A stretch of 64,000 nt of DNA from Alphaproteobacteria bacterium (lineage in GTDB: Bacteria > Pseudomonadota > Alphaproteobacteria > JAIXQD01): contig OZ251993.1 in NCBI GenBank assembly GCA_965246895.1, positions 640,490 through 704,489 of the forward strand, read 5' to 3'. Each line of letters opens with the position of its first letter. Within the stretch, counting starts at the first letter, position 1. Under the pieces are notes generated by a model. It did not search any database. It saw only the letters and a list, made by a program, of their open reading frames with translations, and was not told the origin of the DNA. This document shows positions 19,159-29,236 of the stretch, piece by piece. The translations under genes were made by a program, and so were the position numbers.

Positions 19159-20241
19159 CTAGGCTGACGGATAGTCAGCAGTATTTTCTTTGTCACCGGC
19201 AATGTCTAGACTGAATACTTTATCGAGGTTGGCGATCGCATCTTCGTCGAAATCATAACGGCGCCCGCAAAATTCGCAGGTCACGTCGATATGACCTTTA
19301 TTTTCATTCTCGGCTGCCATTTCAACCAATTCATCGGCAGGCATCGAACGCAGCACGTTCTCGACCCGCGCGCGCGAGCAGCGGCATTCATCACGCAGGC
19401 GATATTCCGTGCCGAACACCAATTCCTCCTCGTGGAACAGGCGCGTCAACAGCACTTCTGGTGCCAAGCTTTCGTCCAGCAGCTCGTCCGCCGTAGCCGT
19501 CGAAAGCAAAATCAGCTTGCGACGCAAGGCTTCAGAGCGCGACTCCAAATCCTGCTCCGGGCTCTCGTTTTCATTGGCATTCTCGTTGGCATTCATCAGG
19601 ATCGTCTCGCCGCCGCGCAAGCTCCCGCCGAATACATCCTCTTCCGCCCGCGGCATCCTTTGCAGCATTACCGCGCCGCCGCGCCATTCACCGGCATCAT
19701 CAGCGCCAGCTTCCTGCATCTGCTGACAGGCGACGACGAACGCGGTCGGAATTTGTTCCGATTGCTGGAAATAGTGGCTGACGCAATCGGCGATCGTGCG
19801 CCCCGACAGATCGACGATGCCTTGATAGCGCTCGGTGTTCGGGCCCTGGTCGATGGTAAAGGCCAAATGACCCTTGCCCAAGAGCAGGGCAGTGGCATTG
19901 GTACCAGGGTCCTGAATCTCCACCCGTTCGGCATCGAAGGTGGCATAGCCGCGCAGGTTCCCGCTTGAAGTCACATCGGCGACGATATTGCTGATCGCGC
20001 CGTCGCCGCGCGCCTGCAAGGTGAAGACACCTTCGTATTTCAACGCGCCCGCGAGGGCTGAGCACAGCAGCAGCGCTTCGCCTAACAGCCGCGCAACCGG
20101 GGCCGGGTAATCATGGCGGCGGACGATATGATCGATCGCCGGCCCCAGCCGCACCAGGCGGCCGCGGAAATGGTTTTGCTCCAGTTGAAATGGTTGGCAA
20201 AGATCAAGGTTAGCAGAGGGCTGGGCTGTAGAGTCGGACAT
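19159..20241 (-). CDS. hslO: Hsp33 redox-regulated chaperone
   Basis: C-terminal zinc centre CRCS...CEFCG; overall Hsp33 layout. Confidence 0.8.
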   Translation of the reverse strand: MSDSTAQPSANLDLCQPFQLEQNHFRGRLVRLGPAIDHIVRRHDYPAPVARLLGEALLLCSALAGALKYEGVFTLQARGDGAISNIVADVTSSGNLRGYATFDAERVEIQDPGTNATALLLGKGHLAFTIDQGPNTERYQGIVDLSGRTIADCVSHYFQQSEQIPTAFVVACQQMQEAGADDAGEWRGGAVMLQRMPRAEEDVFGGSLRGGETILMNANENANENESPEQDLESRSEALRRKLILLSTATADELLDESLAPEVLLTRLFHEEELVFGTEYRLRDECRCSRARVENVLRSMPADELVEMAAENENKGHIDVTCEFCGRRYDFDEDAIANLDKVFSLDIAGDKENTADYPSA

Positions 20242-20292
20242 TGCCCCTATTTAGGGATTAGAGGCCGATTTAACAAGGCGGTTCAATATAAC

Positions 20293-21222
20293 CTAGCGAT
20301 CGATGCCCAGCTTTCGCTCGCGGTAAGCCGTATAGAGCCCGCTGGCGATGATCAGCGCAGCGCCACCCCAAGTTGGCCCGTCCGGCCATTCACCCCAGAA
20401 CAGCAGGCCCGCCGCCGCCACCCAGATCAATTGCAGATAGGTAAACGGCGCGAGATAAGACGCCTCGGCCCTCTGGTGTGCTTCGGCATTACAGATCACG
20501 GCCAGGCTCGACATTGTTGCCATTAGCAAAAGTGCCGAGGCCATTTTGGCATCCGGTAGGCTTTCGATCATATCCCAACCGAACAGCGGCAAGGCCAGTA
20601 CTGCGCCACATAGTGCAGTGCCTAAGAAATTGGCGCTCGGTAACTCACGCCGCAGCTGCCGTTTCATCACGATCACGCTAACAGCAAAGCAAGCGGCGCT
20701 CAGTACCATCGCCAGCTGGCCTTGCCACAGGTTTTCATTTTCTGTATTCCACAGCATTCCGGGCCGAGCAATACAGAGCATACCGACGATACCAGCGATC
20801 AATGCACAACGCCGATGCCAGCCGACTTTTTCCTTCAAGATCAGCATCGCTAATAGGGTGATGAAAATCGGCGTCAAAAAACTGAGCGCGATCGCAGTCG
20901 CCAGCTCCAGATGTGCGAAGCCGAAATAACTGCAGATCAGCGCCATGGCTACGAGCGCGGAGCGAGTAGCGGCCCAGCGCCAGTCGACGGCTTTCAGCCC
21001 TTTCAGCTCGCCGTGGTAGGCGCAATAAAGAAAAGCGAATAGCGGGCCTAACAGCAAAATCCAACCGGTGACAACTGGCGGCTGCAAAGTCTGCTCAATA
21101 AATTTGGCTAACACTGCCGTGGCGGCAAAGGCGGCCTGGCTGCGCAGGATCAACAGCGTCGCCGAATGACGTAGAGGGGCAGTTGTATGGCTCACGATGC
21201 TGTCAGCGGAGCGTGGTAGCAT
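20293..21222 (-). CDS. DMT-superfamily (EamA-like) transporter
   Basis: ~10 TM helices, duplicated EamA-like halves. Confidence 0.7.
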   Translation of the reverse strand: MLPRSADSIVSHTTAPLRHSATLLILRSQAAFAATAVLAKFIEQTLQPPVVTGWILLLGPLFAFLYCAYHGELKGLKAVDWRWAATRSALVAMALICSYFGFAHLELATAIALSFLTPIFITLLAMLILKEKVGWHRRCALIAGIVGMLCIARPGMLWNTENENLWQGQLAMVLSAACFAVSVIVMKRQLRRELPSANFLGTALCGAVLALPLFGWDMIESLPDAKMASALLLMATMSSLAVICNAEAHQRAEASYLAPFTYLQLIWVAAAGLLFWGEWPDGPTWGGAALIIASGLYTAYRERKLGIDR

Positions 21223-22465
21223 TAACGGCGGTAATATCCGTCAGCGAAAAGATAGGGCTGTTTTGCAGACTGGTGAGTCGGTTTGTCCATTCTGGTTTAC
21301 TGGCGAATTGCGTTAGGGCTTCCAATACCTGCGGGTCATATTGCGTGCCCGCTTTCTGGCGTAATATGTCTAAGGCATCGTTCGAACTCATGCCCTGCCG
21401 ATGCGCGCGATTGGAAACCATTGCCACGAAGGTGTTGACGACAACGCAGATGCGGGCGGTCACGATAATGTCGGTGCCTCGCCGGCCTTCCGGCAAGCCG
21501 CTACCGTCGTAATGCTCATGCAGTTGGCGTAGCGTTTCAACGACCGGCAATTCAAACTGAATGATCGATAGCACGTCCGCTGCCGCCAGCATCGAGCCCC
21601 GCACTAGCGCCAATTCTTCCGCGGTTAAGGTGGTGGCTTTGGTCAGAATTGTTTGCGGCACCAGCACTTTGCCGAAATTCATAAGAACGCCTGCGATTTC
21701 TGCGGTCTCGGCATCAAGATCGGGCAGATTCATAATAGTGGCAAGGCGACTCGCAATTTCGCCGACAAGTGCTGAATGGCCAGCGGCATGCGGGTCGCGC
21801 CGATCGACGATCGCCACGCATACGTCCAGCACCTGCCGCAGCATCTTTTCACGGCGGTCGCGCTCGGTAATGACAGAGGTTATGTCGCTTTCCGTAATCA
21901 GGATCGCATCTTTAATATGCGCGGTGTCAGCTACGGGGATATAACTTGTCTGCGTAATACGGGGATTAAAGCTAGTTGGATTGTCGTCGACATGGATCAA
22001 CGGTGCGCCAGTGCGGAAGGCTGCGGTCAACCGGCTCCGCATGATCCGGGCCTGTTCTGCGCCCACCATGGTCGTGAAGGTCGAGCCGATCAATTCGTCG
22101 CTGCTGCGCCCGGCACGGCGCGCGGCTTCCTTATTCGCAAACAAAATCCGTTCCCATTTATCGGCCAGGATAATCGAGCGAGGCTCACTCGATGTCATCA
22201 GTTCGAGCAGATCGGCGCGATAGCCAAGGCGCGCTTCCAACGCTTCCGCTTCAATCGAGACTGGTGGCTGCGCCGTGACGAATTTGTAGGTCTCAGATTT
22301 CTGTTGCCAGGCGATAATGAAGAGCGCCAGCGTCGCCAAACCCGCCATCGCGGCCCAGCCGGTGGCATAATCTGGATGCGATAAGCCGGCTGCGATCGAA
22401 AGCAGAATAAGGCTGCCGGCAATCACGGCCAGAATGCGCTGGCGAAGGAAATCCGGTAAACTCAT
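21203..22465 (-). CDS. Membrane-anchored HD-GYP c-di-GMP phosphodiesterase (GYP variant GLP)
   Basis: HD motif HAAGHSALV; HEHYDGSGLPEG. Confidence 0.7.
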   Translation of the reverse strand: MSLPDFLRQRILAVIAGSLILLSIAAGLSHPDYATGWAAMAGLATLALFIIAWQQKSETYKFVTAQPPVSIEAEALEARLGYRADLLELMTSSEPRSIILADKWERILFANKEAARRAGRSSDELIGSTFTTMVGAEQARIMRSRLTAAFRTGAPLIHVDDNPTSFNPRITQTSYIPVADTAHIKDAILITESDITSVITERDRREKMLRQVLDVCVAIVDRRDPHAAGHSALVGEIASRLATIMNLPDLDAETAEIAGVLMNFGKVLVPQTILTKATTLTAEELALVRGSMLAAADVLSIIQFELPVVETLRQLHEHYDGSGLPEGRRGTDIIVTARICVVVNTFVAMVSNRAHRQGMSSNDALDILRQKAGTQYDPQVLEALTQFASKPEWTNRLTSLQNSPIFSLTDITAVNATTLR

Positions 22466-22563
22466 GCAGCTGTCATGTAATCAGGAAAAGGGTAACAGCT
22501 TGTTAATTTTGAGCTATCATGCCGCAGGCTCGTTGCGGGCGATAAACACAGTAGAGGTAACCA

Positions 22564-23873
22564 TGGGTATCAATACCAGCCTGTTTCATCACGAACGCGC
22601 ATTAAACGAGGCAGCGCAGCGCATGGAGCCGTACAAAGCGGAGCGGGTAGCGATCCAACTGCACCTATCTCGCCTACAAAAGCATCGGCGGCAACCACAT
22701 CATATTCGGATTGCGGTCGAAACGTTCGAGCATCATGTAAAACCACTAGGCGGACAGATTTTTCCACTAACATTAGGCGATATTTTTTATCTAACCGATT
22801 CGACAGATTTACTGGCAGTCGAAGCGGCTATCGAGCGGCAACGCACTTTATTTGGCGATGATCCGATCATAGAATTCGCGCCTCAGCTCAACAGCGATGC
22901 CGCAGATAATTTCTGTACCTGGTATCATCTTGAGCGCGACTACGATATTTTCATGACGGCCTGCCGGGAAGTGCACCGCGTAGCCGAGCAGTCGCGAAGC
23001 TTGCTGTTGCAAGAACAGGCAATCAAAGAAGCAGGACAACTGTTGCGCGCTGTCGATCCCGCAATATTGGGACGGCTAGAGGAAGCGATCACACGGGCTG
23101 ATCTTAGTAATATCATTCGCAGTCAGATGGCTTGCACAATGCTGCCGGGCGAGGCTTTGCAACCAGTCTTCCGCGAATATTTCGTCTCGGTTGCAGATCT
23201 ACGCGATACAGTTGTGCCGGGCATCGATCTTGATGCTAACCGCTGGTTATTCCAATATTTAACGATCGTGCTGGATCGCCGGATGATGGCGCATATCACG
23301 CACGAGCAGGAAATCCGCAGTGGCGCACAGGCTTTCAGCCTGAATATGAATATATCCACGATCCTCTCGCCAGACTTCCAGAAATTCGATGCCATGATTC
23401 CTAGCTTGTCGAGGGGGCGATTGGTAATCGAGTTTCAGTTGATCGATATCTTTGCCGATCTTGGCGCTTATATTTTTGCGCGTGATTATTTGCAAGAGCG
23501 TGGCTATCGCATTGCGATCGACGGTCTCACGCATCTAACCTTGCGTTATGTCGACCGCGCGCGGCTTGGCGCTGATCTCGTCAAACTGTATTGGACGCCA
23601 GACGGGCTCAATACATTGGATAAAACGCTGGCGCAGAATTTCCGTGATCAAGTTCTAGAAACCGGCCAGGCACGGACTATTCTTTGCCGTTGTGAGGATG
23701 AAGCTGCGCTAGAGTTGGGCCGGAACTGCGGCATCATCATGTTCCAGGGGCGCTATGTCGAACGGCTCTATAATTTCCAACGCAACCGTATGCAGCCAAC
23801 GATTGAAAGTCGTGTGCGCGATCGGGAGCGCTTGATGACGGATCTGACGCCCTTGGTTGCGACCCGGATTTGA
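22564..23873 (+). CDS. Hypothetical protein with degenerate EAL-like C-terminal domain (paralog of 61598..62857)
   Basis: IAIDGLTHLTLRYVDRARLGADLVKLY resembles the EAL DDFGTGYSSL...LKID core but lacks catalytic residues; start moved to MGINTS (RBS GAGG). Confidence 0.45.
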
Positions 23874-23876
23874 TGG

Positions 23877-24605
23877 TTAAGCTGCGGTTTTGTTGAATAA
23901 ATCCGGCCATTTATGAAGTGGGTATTTACCGAACGGCCCTTGTTGGCTACGCCAATAGTCGATGATGCGCGGAAATTGGTTTTGCTCGCCGTTGTTTGTG
24001 AGGCTGCTGTAAGCCATGCGATTGGGCAGAGGCAATAGACGAATGCCGTCCAACCGCTCGGCGCGGTTGGCATAAGCTTCGTCATCCAAATGTTCAGCTA
24101 GCGCACTGGCCAGCATAATTACCTCGTCCGTGCCAAGACGGCGCTTGGCTTCCGCGCGGCGCGCCATCAGCTGATCCAGTGCAACCTGTGCGCGGCTAGA
24201 AATCTCGTTATCTTCGGCGCGGGCGATATAGATCGCGCGTACGAAATGATGCAACTCGGCTTGGCTCAGTTCAGGCAGCCAGATCAGCATGCCGGAACCC
24301 ATGCCGGTTACGGATTCTAATTCAAAGCATTGCTCGCAAAAGATACAGGCGGTAGCGAGATTGGCCAGCGTAGGCTCACCCTGTTCGCCAGACCTGAAAT
24401 GCACACGTTGGAATTTTTCGGCGCGGAACCCGCAATAGCGACAGGTAAAGTCGTCGCGGCTCAAGACTTTATTGCGGAGCCGGGGCCAGTCCGCAGCATT
24501 AATCCGCGGCGCAGGTTTTGCATTGGATTTATCTGGTTTGCCAGCCGTCACCTTGGCGCGGGGCACGCGCCGCACGCCAAGGATCAACGGTAGGAGTTCA
24601 CTCAC
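23877..24605 (-). CDS. IcmJ/DotN-like cysteine-rich protein (type IVB secretion)
   Basis: FTCRYCGF...ATACIFCEQCFELES...LIWLPELSQAEL closely matches recalled IcmJ/DotN motifs; last gene of syntenic block. Confidence 0.6.
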   Translation of the reverse strand: MSELLPLILGVRRVPRAKVTAGKPDKSNAKPAPRINAADWPRLRNKVLSRDDFTCRYCGFRAEKFQRVHFRSGEQGEPTLANLATACIFCEQCFELESVTGMGSGMLIWLPELSQAELHHFVRAIYIARAEDNEISSRAQVALDQLMARRAEAKRRLGTDEVIMLASALAEHLDDEAYANRAERLDGIRLLPLPNRMAYSSLTNNGEQNQFPRIIDYWRSQQGPFGKYPLHKWPDLFNKTAA

Positions 24606-24618
24606 TGATGTATACTTT

Positions 24619-25056
24619 TTAACCGCCTAGACCTTGTTGAAGCTTTTCATATTGCGGTTGTGCTGTTCCGTTAAAGAACGAATCCTTCACTGTGCCGATT
24701 ACTGATGGCAACGAGAAGAGACCAGCAGCAACTGCGCCCTTAGTTACGATCTTCGGCACACCGCCCTGGAAACCTGATGGGTTTTCCGAATACTTTTTCG
24801 CATCAAGCAGCGTCGAGATGCCGAACACTGTGCCGCCAACATATGCCGCTGCCGAGAACGCTGGCAACACGCCGGACAGGTTGCCTGTCACATCGTTGAC
24901 CAAGTTTTGAACGCCGCCAGATGCCGTGTTAGCGGTTGGCACAGTACCTTGAGCAAACGCCATTTCAGGGAACGCTACAGCAAGCGTGAACATGCCCATC
25001 GCCACGACTGCATTCAACAACGCAGCCTTGCTAGTTTCGAGTTGTTTATTGACCAT
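24619..25056 (-). CDS. IcmD/DotP-like small inner-membrane protein
   Basis: 145 aa, 2-3 TMs; shares motif LFSLPSVIGTVKDSF with the next gene (paralog pair like DotE/DotP); position in block. Confidence 0.45.
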   Translation of the reverse strand: MVNKQLETSKAALLNAVVAMGMFTLAVAFPEMAFAQGTVPTANTASGGVQNLVNDVTGNLSGVLPAFSAAAYVGGTVFGISTLLDAKKYSENPSGFQGGVPKIVTKGAVAAGLFSLPSVIGTVKDSFFNGTAQPQYEKLQQGLGG

Positions 25057-25157
25057 AATCTTCTCCTCCGTTTGTATATTGGTACCACCTGTACCTGGTT
25101 TAATTCTGCTCTGTAATGAATAACCCGTCGAGCTTTTTTTATAGTTTCATATGAACA

Positions 25158-26135
25158 TTAGGTCAGGATTGCACACGAACTGCCAGGTCCGCAGCCAAGC
25201 GTTGCCTCAACCATCTTAATGGCGGGCGCGATATTGACGAGCGCCGCGCCAGCGATCAAATGCGTCATTGGTGCCATTAGGCTGCCAGGGCCGCCTTTGC
25301 CCTCAAGCGAGCCATAGAGTACCCATAAGCCGCGTAGAATCGCGATTAGCCCAATCATACCTAGCCAGACGAAGATCGCGTTGAAAACATTATCAACGCG
25401 CGCTGCATCTGCCGCCGCCATGCCGACTCTATCATAAGCTAGCGTTGATACGGCACTTGCTGTCGAAGTGCTGAATACGGTCTGTAAAACAGTTTTTACC
25501 AGTGGTGCAAAAGTAATCAGTGCTGTGCCTATGCCTAAACGCACAGCGATGCCCTTCTTGGAAACATTGTCCTGTTGATACTGATAGTTGGCTAGCGCTG
25601 AAATGCCGCCAATAATCATGAACATGCCAGACAGAAAGGCGATCAGGTTCAGTCCGATTGCCAGTGCGGGCAGCAGGTCCATAACCATACTGACCAGCGC
25701 AGAATCAAGTCCTTCACCGTTTACGGCTTCAAGTTTTTTGTTGTATGCAAACGCGTTGGTTTCTTTAAATACGCTACTTTGTAAAACACCGATTACAGAT
25801 GGCAATTGAAACAAGGCTGAAGCGCCGAAGGTTCGAGCAATTAGCCCTGTCATTTTTACTTTTTGCCCGGGCGCGGCAGAATAATCGATGGCCGAGTTCA
25901 ACACTTGAATGATCATAGCTGTGCCACCGATATAACTCACAGCTGAAATAAGAGGAATTAACCAGCGAAACTGACCGCTTGTATTCGTGATGATTGTGCC
26001 CACACTTTCCTGTGCCCACGCCATGCTTGGCAAGAGCAGAAGGCATAGCGGCAGCAGGGCGACAAAGCGCGTTATAAGCAGACGAGACGCAAAATTACAC
26101 AGCATTTTATTTATTTCATCATCAAAATGTTTCAC
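25158..26135 (-). CDS. IcmC/DotE-like polytopic membrane protein
   Basis: Signal peptide; N-terminal ~130 aa paralogous to 24619..25056 (LFQLPSVIGVLQSSVFKE); multiple TMs. Confidence 0.45.
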   Translation of the reverse strand: MKHFDDEINKMLCNFASRLLITRFVALLPLCLLLLPSMAWAQESVGTIITNTSGQFRWLIPLISAVSYIGGTAMIIQVLNSAIDYSAAPGQKVKMTGLIARTFGASALFQLPSVIGVLQSSVFKETNAFAYNKKLEAVNGEGLDSALVSMVMDLLPALAIGLNLIAFLSGMFMIIGGISALANYQYQQDNVSKKGIAVRLGIGTALITFAPLVKTVLQTVFSTSTASAVSTLAYDRVGMAAADAARVDNVFNAIFVWLGMIGLIAILRGLWVLYGSLEGKGGPGSLMAPMTHLIAGAALVNIAPAIKMVEATLGCGPGSSCAILT

Positions 26136-26173
26136 TTGTATTAATATTGGGATTTAATCATGGATTCTCAAGG

Positions 26174-26207
26174 AAAAAGCCCGACCAGATGGCGTATCTG
26201 GCCGGGC
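26174..26207 (-). terminator. Intra-cluster Rho-independent terminator/attenuator between IcmG-like and IcmC-like genes
   Basis: gcccggccagat-acgcc-atctggtcgggc stem followed by TTTTT on minus strand. Confidence 0.5.
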
Positions 26208-26239
26208 TTTATGGCATTGATGCTGCCTAATATTTAGGC

Positions 26240-27589
26240 TTAGCGGATGACGCCGCCACTGCCTTCGACAATCCAGCGGCCATTTTCCTGCCGGATGGCC
26301 GTGACCTGGCCAATGCCGGGCAGGCTATCGCCGGGCACCACGCGTTTCAGCTCGGCTGAGCCCGGTTGTGGCGATACCCATGCCATGCCAGGCGTTGCGG
26401 CACGCAGCACCCAGTTGCTCTTGCTTGCAGTCGGCGCGCGCGTCTTGGGTGAGCGCGGGGTGTTATCGTCAGCCATCATCATGCTGTCTTCAGCCGGCTT
26501 ACTAACCTTAGCTTTCGGCGTTGCCTTTGGCGAACTGCCTTTCGGCGAGGCTGCGGCCATAGCCATAGGTGCGACGGCACTGTGTGCATTTGCCGATTGT
26601 AGTTGGGCTTGTAGCGATTGTTGTGCGCGCGTCAGTTGATCGATCTTTTTCTGCAAGCTCGCGTTTTCTGCACGCATTGCGGTCAGCTCGCCATCGTTTA
26701 CGACTGGCGGCGCTGTGACAACAGCGGCCTGTGTTTGTTGCTTTTTCAAGCTAACGACTTCTGCCTGCGACGCTTGGAGAGATTGCTGCATCTGCGTTAG
26801 CTGGCTTTCTGTTTCGGCCAAGCGTGCGTTCAAGCCAGCCATCGCTTCGGTATTCGCAACTGTTGCCGCAAGTGGTGCTGCAGCAGCGCCATTAGCAGTC
26901 GTCGGTACAGCAACGGGCATAGGATTTGCAGTAGCGGTTGTAGTCGCCACTGGCGCTGCCGCTGGCTGGGCTTGCGGCGTCGGCGTGACCAAATCGTCAG
27001 GCAGGGTTGTCTGCCAACGGTTATTGCTATCCGCTGTTGGGCCGGAATTTGGCACAGGATTGCTATTATTTGCCGGAAGGGGGGCGGGGGTCGGCGCGTT
27101 GGCATCTGTTGGCACCACAACGCTCTTAACATCACTTGCGGCAGTATTGGCCGCTTGCAGCACAGTACCAGGCGAAACAGGATCGCCGCCAGTCGTGAAT
27201 GTGCGATAAGCCATATAGCCACCGCCCGCAATGACGCCGGCAATAATAATATAAAAGATCAGCGAACCAATGCCGGTGCGCGACCGCGACATCTCGGCTT
27301 CGGCAGCTTCCGCCATCTCGCCGCGATCTTCTTCAGCATCGCTGTCATCGTGGTCATGCTCGTCATATCCGGTATCGTCGCCATCGGCCAACGGGTCGGC
27401 ATCATCGACGATATCGTTCATGTCGTCGTCGACGAAATCGGCGTCGTCGTGCAAGTCACTTTTTGCACGGCGGCTGTGCGAGCCGCCAAAGTCTGCCTCG
27501 TCATCGATTAACTCTTGCGGCTCATCATGGGTTGCCGCTTCGTCCTTTGGATTGCGCGGATCAAAATCATCGATGGGATGGTTAGCCAT
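26240..27589 (-). CDS. IcmG/DotF-like protein (acidic N-terminus, single TM, coiled coil, periplasmic C-domain)
   Basis: Architecture and position between IcmE-like and IcmC-like genes. Confidence 0.5.
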   Translation of the reverse strand: MANHPIDDFDPRNPKDEAATHDEPQELIDDEADFGGSHSRRAKSDLHDDADFVDDDMNDIVDDADPLADGDDTGYDEHDHDDSDAEEDRGEMAEAAEAEMSRSRTGIGSLIFYIIIAGVIAGGGYMAYRTFTTGGDPVSPGTVLQAANTAASDVKSVVVPTDANAPTPAPLPANNSNPVPNSGPTADSNNRWQTTLPDDLVTPTPQAQPAAAPVATTTATANPMPVAVPTTANGAAAAPLAATVANTEAMAGLNARLAETESQLTQMQQSLQASQAEVVSLKKQQTQAAVVTAPPVVNDGELTAMRAENASLQKKIDQLTRAQQSLQAQLQSANAHSAVAPMAMAAASPKGSSPKATPKAKVSKPAEDSMMMADDNTPRSPKTRAPTASKSNWVLRAATPGMAWVSPQPGSAELKRVVPGDSLPGIGQVTAIRQENGRWIVEGSGGVIR

Positions 27590-27622
27590 GGTTTATCTGC
27601 CTTATAGTTTCGTTTTATATTG

Positions 27623-29224
27623 TCAGCGGTTGATGATGACGGGAGAGGTGCCGCCGGCGGGGATGACATTAATGCCGCCCCCGTAAGCGTTCGATGGGTA
27701 ACCGGATTGATAGCTGCCTTGATAGCCCTGGCTTCCCTGATACCCGGTGCCGGACGTATAGGGATTATAACCTGTCGATCCTGTGCTGGCATAGGGATTT
27801 CCATAACCACTGGTCGCACCATACTGACTACCATAGGGATTATTGCCATACTGGCCGGAGCTATATTGCCCAGCCCCATATTGGCTGCCGAACTGCGGGC
27901 TGCCATATTGGCCCCCATAGGGATTGGCGACGCCGGCCACGCCGTTAGCATAAGTTGGCTCAGGATTATTTTCGAAAACGCTGCTTGTGAAAAACAGGCC
28001 GATGGGCGTGCCGACGGCAACGCGTACTAACGGCTTAATCTTCGAGGCTTCAGTATTGATGATTTGCGAAATGCGGTCGCCTGCTTCCTGTCCGCCCTGG
28101 GCTAGCCCTTCACGCAAACCCGCGCGCGACCGCTGCGAGATGACGACGCCATCCTGCACGATCGTGGTCGAATTGCTGTCTTGTGTAAAAGCACGCGAGA
28201 AGCCTGAGATGAATTCCGCGGCTGCCGGGACGATCACTCGCGACAGATAGCGCTTGTCTGTCTCGCTCGCAACAGCGCCTAACGTCGTATCCGGGTTAAG
28301 CGCCAGAATATCGACGGGATAGTCCTTGCCTTTAAAATTGATGTTGGTGAAGCGCATGATCAGATAATCTTCCGTGCTCTCGAAACGGCCAATCACCTTG
28401 CCGCCCGAAAAAGGGCCAGAGAGAACTTGCGCCATGATCGGCCCTGGCACATCTGAATTCGCTTCGATCGACATTTGCCCATAGTTGATCGTTCCCGCTG
28501 GCACCAATGTCTTGCCGCGGTTGAAAGCTTGCTGCTGGTTTTGATCGCTACCCTGTCCGCTGCCACCTGAACCACTCGTCGTCACATCAGCAATTTTGGT
28601 CACTGAAATGATTTTTGATGCGGCAGGTTGCCAACCTTGCACAATCTGCTGCATTTGCTGTTGCATCGCGGACGCGAGATTCTGATCAAGCACTGGCTCG
28701 GGCGCAGGGGCGGGTGTGTTAGGACGAATCTGCTGTTGTTGTGCCTGTTGCTGCTGCTGAGCGGGCAGAGCCTGTGGCTGTTGTTGTTGCGCTTGCGGTG
28801 CACGGAATTCCGCCAAAGGATCGTCCGCATTTTGTGCGCCGGGCTCAAGATTGGTCATCTGCGTGGTGTCGCCCATCGGCGTGGGCATCGCGCTGCCGCC
28901 CTGCTGGGCTGCGCTTTGGGCACGCTGTTGCGAGGCTTGCGTCACGGCTTCCTGGAATGCGGGCGGCGCTTCGCCGCCAGGTGTTGCGGAAATGGTCGAG
29001 CCACCATTGACGCGGCTTTCTACGTCTTTTGGCTTGTCTGTTGAAAAAACACCGAGCGCGGCGCTAGCAATGGCGCCGCCGCCAACCAGCAACAAGAAAA
29101 TTTTGAAAACCGGGCTGGCTTGCCAGGCCGAGGCAATATTCTTGCGAATGCTACGCTTTTCGCGTGGCTGCTCATGCTCTTCTGCATCTTGTGGTGGGGC
29201 ATCGAAATCGTCGTAATCGGCCAT
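27623..29224 (-). CDS. IcmE/DotG (TraO)-like protein with VirB10/TrbI C-terminal domain and low-complexity tails
   Basis: VirB10 signature TLVPAGTINYGQMSIEANSDVPGPIMAQV...IKPLVRVAVGTPIGLFF; N-terminal TM; poly-Q stretch; C-terminal G/Y/Q/S-rich tail. Confidence 0.7.
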   Translation of the reverse strand: MADYDDFDAPPQDAEEHEQPREKRSIRKNIASAWQASPVFKIFLLLVGGGAIASAALGVFSTDKPKDVESRVNGGSTISATPGGEAPPAFQEAVTQASQQRAQSAAQQGGSAMPTPMGDTTQMTNLEPGAQNADDPLAEFRAPQAQQQQPQALPAQQQQQAQQQQIRPNTPAPAPEPVLDQNLASAMQQQMQQIVQGWQPAASKIISVTKIADVTTSGSGGSGQGSDQNQQQAFNRGKTLVPAGTINYGQMSIEANSDVPGPIMAQVLSGPFSGGKVIGRFESTEDYLIMRFTNINFKGKDYPVDILALNPDTTLGAVASETDKRYLSRVIVPAAAEFISGFSRAFTQDSNSTTIVQDGVVISQRSRAGLREGLAQGGQEAGDRISQIINTEASKIKPLVRVAVGTPIGLFFTSSVFENNPEPTYANGVAGVANPYGGQYGSPQFGSQYGAGQYSSGQYGNNPYGSQYGATSGYGNPYASTGSTGYNPYTSGTGYQGSQGYQGSYQSGYPSNAYGGGINVIPAGGTSPVIINR

Positions 29225-29236
29225 GGCGCAGGTTCC

